DNA of 64,000 nucleotides from Corallococcus soli (GTDB lineage Bacteria; Myxococcota; Myxococcia; Myxococcales; Myxococcaceae): NCBI RefSeq assembly GCF_014930455.1, contig NZ_JAAIYO010000008.1, positions 96,367 to 160,366 of the forward strand, read 5' to 3'. Shown piece by piece: positions 60,327 to 64,000 of this stretch (position 1 is its first letter; each line of letters starts with the position of its first letter). The notes under the pieces were generated by a model. It saw only the letters and a program-made list of their open reading frames with translations, ran no database searches and was not told where the DNA came from. The position numbers and the translations under genes were made by a program.

Positions 60327-60974
60327 ATGGGCACAGGGGGAGAGTTGGCACCCGAAACCTCAGACGAGCGGCTGATGCTCGCCTTCCAGGCGGGAGACGC
60401 GCGCGCGTTCGAAGCGCTGATGCGAAAGCACCGCGCGCCGGTGTTCAACTTCATCCTGCGCTTCGTCGGGCAGCGGGCGCGCGCGGAGGACGTGCTGCAG
60501 GAGACGTGGCTCAAGGTGGTTCGCAGCGCCCGGGAATACACGCCGAAGGCCCGGTTCACGACCTGGCTGTACACCATCGCGAGGAACCTCTGCGTGGACA
60601 GCACGCGCAAAGAGAGCTACCGCCAGACGACGTCCCTGGAAGCCCCCGTGGGTGGCACGGACGGGGACGAGGGACGTCCGCTGGGCGAGGGGCTGCCGGA
60701 CTCCGGTGTCAGTCCGGAGCGCGGGGCGCACAACGCGCGCCTGCGGCCCCTGCTGGAGCGGGCCCTCGCGGGTCTGCCGGAAGAGCAGCGCGAGGTGTTC
60801 GTGCTGCGCGAGTACAGCGGCATCCCGTTCAAGGAGATCGCCGAGGTGACGGGCGTGTCCGAGAACACGGTGAAGAGTCGGATGCGCTACGCGTTGGAGG
60901 GACTGCGCCGTCGTCTGGGAGAGCTGGGCGTGGATGGCGACCTGTCGGAGGATGGAAGGACGGTGGCGGGATGA
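60327..60974 (+). CDS. ECF (sigma-70 group 4) RNA polymerase sigma factor
   Basis: Regions 2 and 4 are present (FNFILRFV...; sigma70_r4_2). Confidence 0.85.
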   Translation: MGTGGELAPETSDERLMLAFQAGDARAFEALMRKHRAPVFNFILRFVGQRARAEDVLQETWLKVVRSAREYTPKARFTTWLYTIARNLCVDSTRKESYRQTTSLEAPVGGTDGDEGRPLGEGLPDSGVSPERGAHNARLRPLLERALAGLPEEQREVFVLREYSGIPFKEIAEVTGVSENTVKSRMRYALEGLRRRLGELGVDGDLSEDGRTVAG

Positions 60975-62374
60975 GTGCCCAGAATGCCCATGCGCACGAG
61001 GACCGGCTCCTCGACTTCGCCTACGGCGAGCTTCCGGCGTCGGAGGCCGAGTCGCTGGAGCAGCACGTCCAGGGCTGCGCGCGCTGCGCGAAGGCCCTGG
61101 CGGACATCCGTGGCGTGCGCTCCACGATGGCGCGCCTGTCGGTCGAACCCGCGCCGGACGCCGGCCTGGAGTCGCTCCTGGCGTATGCGCAGCAGTCCGC
61201 GCGCCGCGCCGCCGCCGGGCCCGAACCGAAGCCCTCGCGCTGGCGCCGCTGGCTGCTGCCCATGGTGGGCCTGGCCTCGGTGAGCACCTTCGGCCTGTTG
61301 ACGCTGGAGGTCAGCAAGGGCGTCAACCTGGAGCCGGCGCTGTCGCAGCGGGCCGCGCCCGCCGCGAAGAATGACCTGGCCGCTCAGGCCCCGCCCCCGC
61401 CCTCGCCCAATGCCGCCATGAAGGCCGAGGCGTCCCCCCCGCGAGACGTGGCGGAGGGCGCGTTCCTGGACCGTGCGCTGGAGCAGCAGGCCTCCTCCGC
61501 CGTTGGAGGCAAGGGCGGACTTGATGGGCGGCCCTCGGACTGGATGAACGCGGGCAGCGGTGGCGCGATGCTGGAGCGGCGCCGCGCGGCGGGTCTGGAG
61601 TCGAAGAAGCGGATGTCCGGCTCCAAGAAGGCGGAGGCGGAGGAGTACGCGGCGCCAGCGGCCCGGAAGGAAGCCAAGGCGAAAAGCTCGGTGCTCGCGG
61701 AGGCCCCCGCCGCTGGGGCCCCTGCCGCCAGCATGGACTCCGCGTCCGGTGCGGACGACAAGCTCCAGAAGCAAGAGGGGGAATCGCTGCGGCTGGGCAG
61801 TGCGTCCTATGGACGGGGCCTCTCCAAGGACGATGCCGACGCAGAGGAGCAGCTCGCCGCGCCCCCGCCGCCCTCGCCCGTGGTCGCCGCCGCGCCCGTG
61901 GCGCCTTCCATGCCGGCGCCCACCGGCTCCGTCCAGCGTGAGCAGGGGGCCCCCGGCAAGTCGATGCCCGCCCAGGAGCAAGCGCCCGCGGCCGCCGCGA
62001 AGCCCGAGCCCAGGCCCGCGGAGAAGTCGGCCCGCGCGGATGCGATGACCGCCCGCGATCTGTCGCGTCAGGCCCAGGACGCCGCGAGTCGGGGTGACCG
62101 CGCCCGGGAGTCCCAGCTGCTGCGCGCCGCGCTCGCGGCCGGTGCGAGCGGAAGCGAGCGCCTGTCGTTGCTCTCGCGCCTGTGCGAATCCGAGTACGCC
62201 CAGGGCCGCAGGTCCGAGGGCGCGGAGGTCTGCGCGCGGATCATCGCCGAGGCGCCCGACTCCGCCGAGGCCCAGCGGGCCGGGCGTTGGCTGGGCCAGG
62301 GCGTGGGGGCGACGGTGCCCGTGCCCGCGAAGCGCGCGGCCCCGGCCTCACCCCCCGTGAAGGGTGGCCCGTAG
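60971..62374 (+). CDS. Anti-sigma factor (zf-HC2 N-terminus, one TM, long low-complexity periplasmic region with C-terminal TPR-like segment)
   Basis: HxxxCxxC motif HVQGCARCAKAL. ATGA-coupled to the sigma gene. Confidence 0.7.
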   Translation: MSAQNAHAHEDRLLDFAYGELPASEAESLEQHVQGCARCAKALADIRGVRSTMARLSVEPAPDAGLESLLAYAQQSARRAAAGPEPKPSRWRRWLLPMVGLASVSTFGLLTLEVSKGVNLEPALSQRAAPAAKNDLAAQAPPPPSPNAAMKAEASPPRDVAEGAFLDRALEQQASSAVGGKGGLDGRPSDWMNAGSGGAMLERRRAAGLESKKRMSGSKKAEAEEYAAPAARKEAKAKSSVLAEAPAAGAPAASMDSASGADDKLQKQEGESLRLGSASYGRGLSKDDADAEEQLAAPPPPSPVVAAAPVAPSMPAPTGSVQREQGAPGKSMPAQEQAPAAAAKPEPRPAEKSARADAMTARDLSRQAQDAASRGDRARESQLLRAALAAGASGSERLSLLSRLCESEYAQGRRSEGAEVCARIIAEAPDSAEAQRAGRWLGQGVGATVPVPAKRAAPASPPVKGGP

Positions 62375-62504
62375 CGCGGGCGGAAGGCCGCGGCCCGCGG
62401 CATCGGAAGTCCAGATGACCGATGCATGGGGCCGCCAGAGCCTGGATACTGGGAGGATGAGGCCGGCCGTGGATCATCCCCCCGTGAACCCCCCCCGGAA
62501 GGCA

Positions 62505-62717
62505 GTGCCCTCCGCATGGCGCCGGGCCCGCCGCGGCCAGGCCCTGGTCGAGTACTCCGTGCTCAACTGGGTGCTGCTCGTGGCGCTCGTCGTCGGCGCG
62601 ACGGTGAAGATCCGCTGGAGCGAGGACCGTCAGGCGAACGTCATCGACCTGTTCCTCGAGGCCTACGAGATCTATTACGACTCGTTCTACTTCGTGCTGA
62701 ACCTGCCGTTCCCCTGA
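62505..62717 (+). CDS. TadE-like (Flp pilus assembly) small protein
   Basis: A GTG start gives (M)PSAWRRARRGQALVEYSVLNWVLLVALVVGA, a TadE-like N-terminus. GGAAGG RBS. Alternative ATG starts lie upstream. Confidence 0.45.
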   Translation: MPSAWRRARRGQALVEYSVLNWVLLVALVVGATVKIRWSEDRQANVIDLFLEAYEIYYDSFYFVLNLPFP

Positions 62718-62945
62718 CGCACGGGGACGACGCGGATCACCGGGTAGGGCGGGCCATCCAACCCGGCAGGCGGGGAGGCTCGGGGACCCTGGGTGTCCCG
62801 GGATTCCGTTCTATCATGAGAGGTGGTTTTGACACCTGCTCTGGGGCATGGCTAACATCCCGCCCGTTCGCGCCCTGGCATCGCCCCTCGTCAAAGCTGT
62901 CTTGCCGCCACGACGGCGCCCCACCGTTCTGGAGGACCTTGAACC

Positions 62946-63761
62946 ATGTTGAAGGGTAAGACCCCGCTCGTCGTCGCGCTGGTGCTCGGTTTGCTCGCGG
63001 GCATCGTGGCCTATTCGGCCATCAAGAAGAAGGAATCGGATGTGCGTCGCGGGTGGAACCTGGTGCCCGTGGTGGTGGCGGGCCAGGACATGCCCGAAGG
63101 GACGGTCATCACGTACGAGATGATCTCCCAGCGCTCCGTGCCGGAGCAGTTCGTCACCTCGTCGGTGGTGAAGCCGGACTCGGCCAACTACATCGTGAAC
63201 CAGAAGGTGCTGGTGGCGCTGCAGGCCGGCGATCCCATCCTCTGGAGCCAGTTCGAGACGACGAAGGCCGCCGAGCGCCTGTCGACCAAGGTGCAGAAGA
63301 AGGCGCGCGCCATCACCATCGAAGCGAAGCAGACCACGGCGGTGGGCGGTTGGATCCGGCCCAACGACCACGTGGACATCATCGGCACGTTCCGCGATCC
63401 GCAGACGGACGAGAGCGTCGCGGTGACGCTGCTGCAGAACATCATCGTGGTGGCGACGGGCAAGATCACCGGCACCACGAACATCAACCTCATTCCGGAG
63501 AACCAGCGCGAGTACAGCAACGTGTCGCTGATGGTGCTGCCGGAAGAGGCGGAGATCCTGGTGCTGGCGGCGGAGTTGGGCAACCTGACCCTGTCGCTGC
63601 GCAACGAGGACGACGTGGACCTCATCGAGGAGCGCGGCCGCGCCACCATCAGCACGCTGCTGTCCGGCGAGCGCACCCGGGTGCTGGAGCAGAAGCGCCG
63701 GGAGATCATCCAGATCATCAAGGGCGGTGGCAGCGAGAAGGCCTCGGCCGGCTCTCCGTAG
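62946..63761 (+). CDS. cpaB: Flp pilus assembly protein CpaB/RcpC
   Basis: N-terminal TM, SAF domain and CpaB core. Confidence 0.8.
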   Translation: MLKGKTPLVVALVLGLLAGIVAYSAIKKKESDVRRGWNLVPVVVAGQDMPEGTVITYEMISQRSVPEQFVTSSVVKPDSANYIVNQKVLVALQAGDPILWSQFETTKAAERLSTKVQKKARAITIEAKQTTAVGGWIRPNDHVDIIGTFRDPQTDESVAVTLLQNIIVVATGKITGTTNINLIPENQREYSNVSLMVLPEEAEILVLAAELGNLTLSLRNEDDVDLIEERGRATISTLLSGERTRVLEQKRREIIQIIKGGGSEKASAGSP

Positions 63762-63832
63762 TGGCCCGCGGGGGCTGCTTCGTCTGAAGCGGCCCCGCCG
63801 GCTTCTCCCACCACCCCCGGGGATTCGCGCCC

Positions 63833-64000
63833 ATGCTCGCAGGTATCGTCCTCCTCCTCGTCACCGGCTCGGTGTTCTTCTTCAGCCTGGTGATCTTCAG
63901 CGTCCTGTCGAAGGCGTATGAGCAGTACCAGGAGCGCTACGTCGCCAAGTCGATGAACGACTTGAGCGACATGTTCCTCTTCATCGACGCGCGGCAGATG
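63833..64000 (+). CDS. Partial ORF (membrane N-terminus), truncated by the window end
   Basis: MLAGIVLLLVTGSVFFFSLVIFS... Confidence 0.3.
   Translation, partial: MLAGIVLLLVTGSVFFFSLVIFSVLSKAYEQYQERYVAKSMNDLSDMFLFIDARQM

Noticed and set aside
62364-62504. N-terminal extension of the TadE-like ORF (MARSAGGRPRPAASEV...)
   Set aside because: TadE-like proteins start just before the RRxRRGQALVEY motif. The GTG at 62505 with a GGAAGG RBS fits better, and the upstream part overlaps the anti-sigma stop region.
1-64000. Search for tRNA, rRNA or tmRNA genes
   Set aside because: No cloverleaf-compatible segment and no rRNA-like conserved stretch was recognised by eye. Not excluded for small ncRNAs (see the AT-rich region 18930-19610).

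Overview
High-GC (~68-70%) Myxococcales-type chromosomal segment (Myxococcus/Corallococcus-like codon usage; many antisense shadow ORFs). About 55 genes are called. No rRNA, tRNA or CRISPR array was found.

Ordinary content: secreted proteins and lipoproteins (DUF4394 repeats, RCC1 repeats, HEAT-cyclophilin); M20 amidohydrolase; a complete chemosensory cluster; a fatty-acid-oxidation-like set; ExbB/ExbD; paired ABC ATPases; an ECF sigma/anti-sigma pair; the start of a tad pilus locus.

Accessory-looking loci worth attention:
1. ~10.5-16.5 kb: a membrane Ser/Thr kinase, a kinase-like protein with a degenerate catalytic loop, and a secreted paralogous-family protein. The operon is bracketed by two ~80%-identical Cys-rich (GDYCD-motif) lipoprotein genes. 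The second copy carries a permuted duplication junction containing a 136-bp piece of the kinase gene.
2. ~17.3-24.5 kb: a low-GC-flanked island bounded by two inverted IS5-family remnants. It carries a quinone oxidoreductase, a fatty acyl-AMP ligase, and an unusual FAD-oxidase / carrier-protein / alpha-beta-hydrolase tri-domain protein.
3. ~24.6-26.7 kb: a translationally coupled Fic-domain gene plus two paralogous CWCH-motif genes, directly abutting the IS remnant.
4. ~39.7-46.0 kb: a zinc-ribbon membrane protein / MoxR AAA+ / DUF58 / SNF2 helicase operon.
5. The che cluster has a truncated-globin-PAS soluble MCP and embedded UbiB-kinase and ABM-monooxygenase genes.
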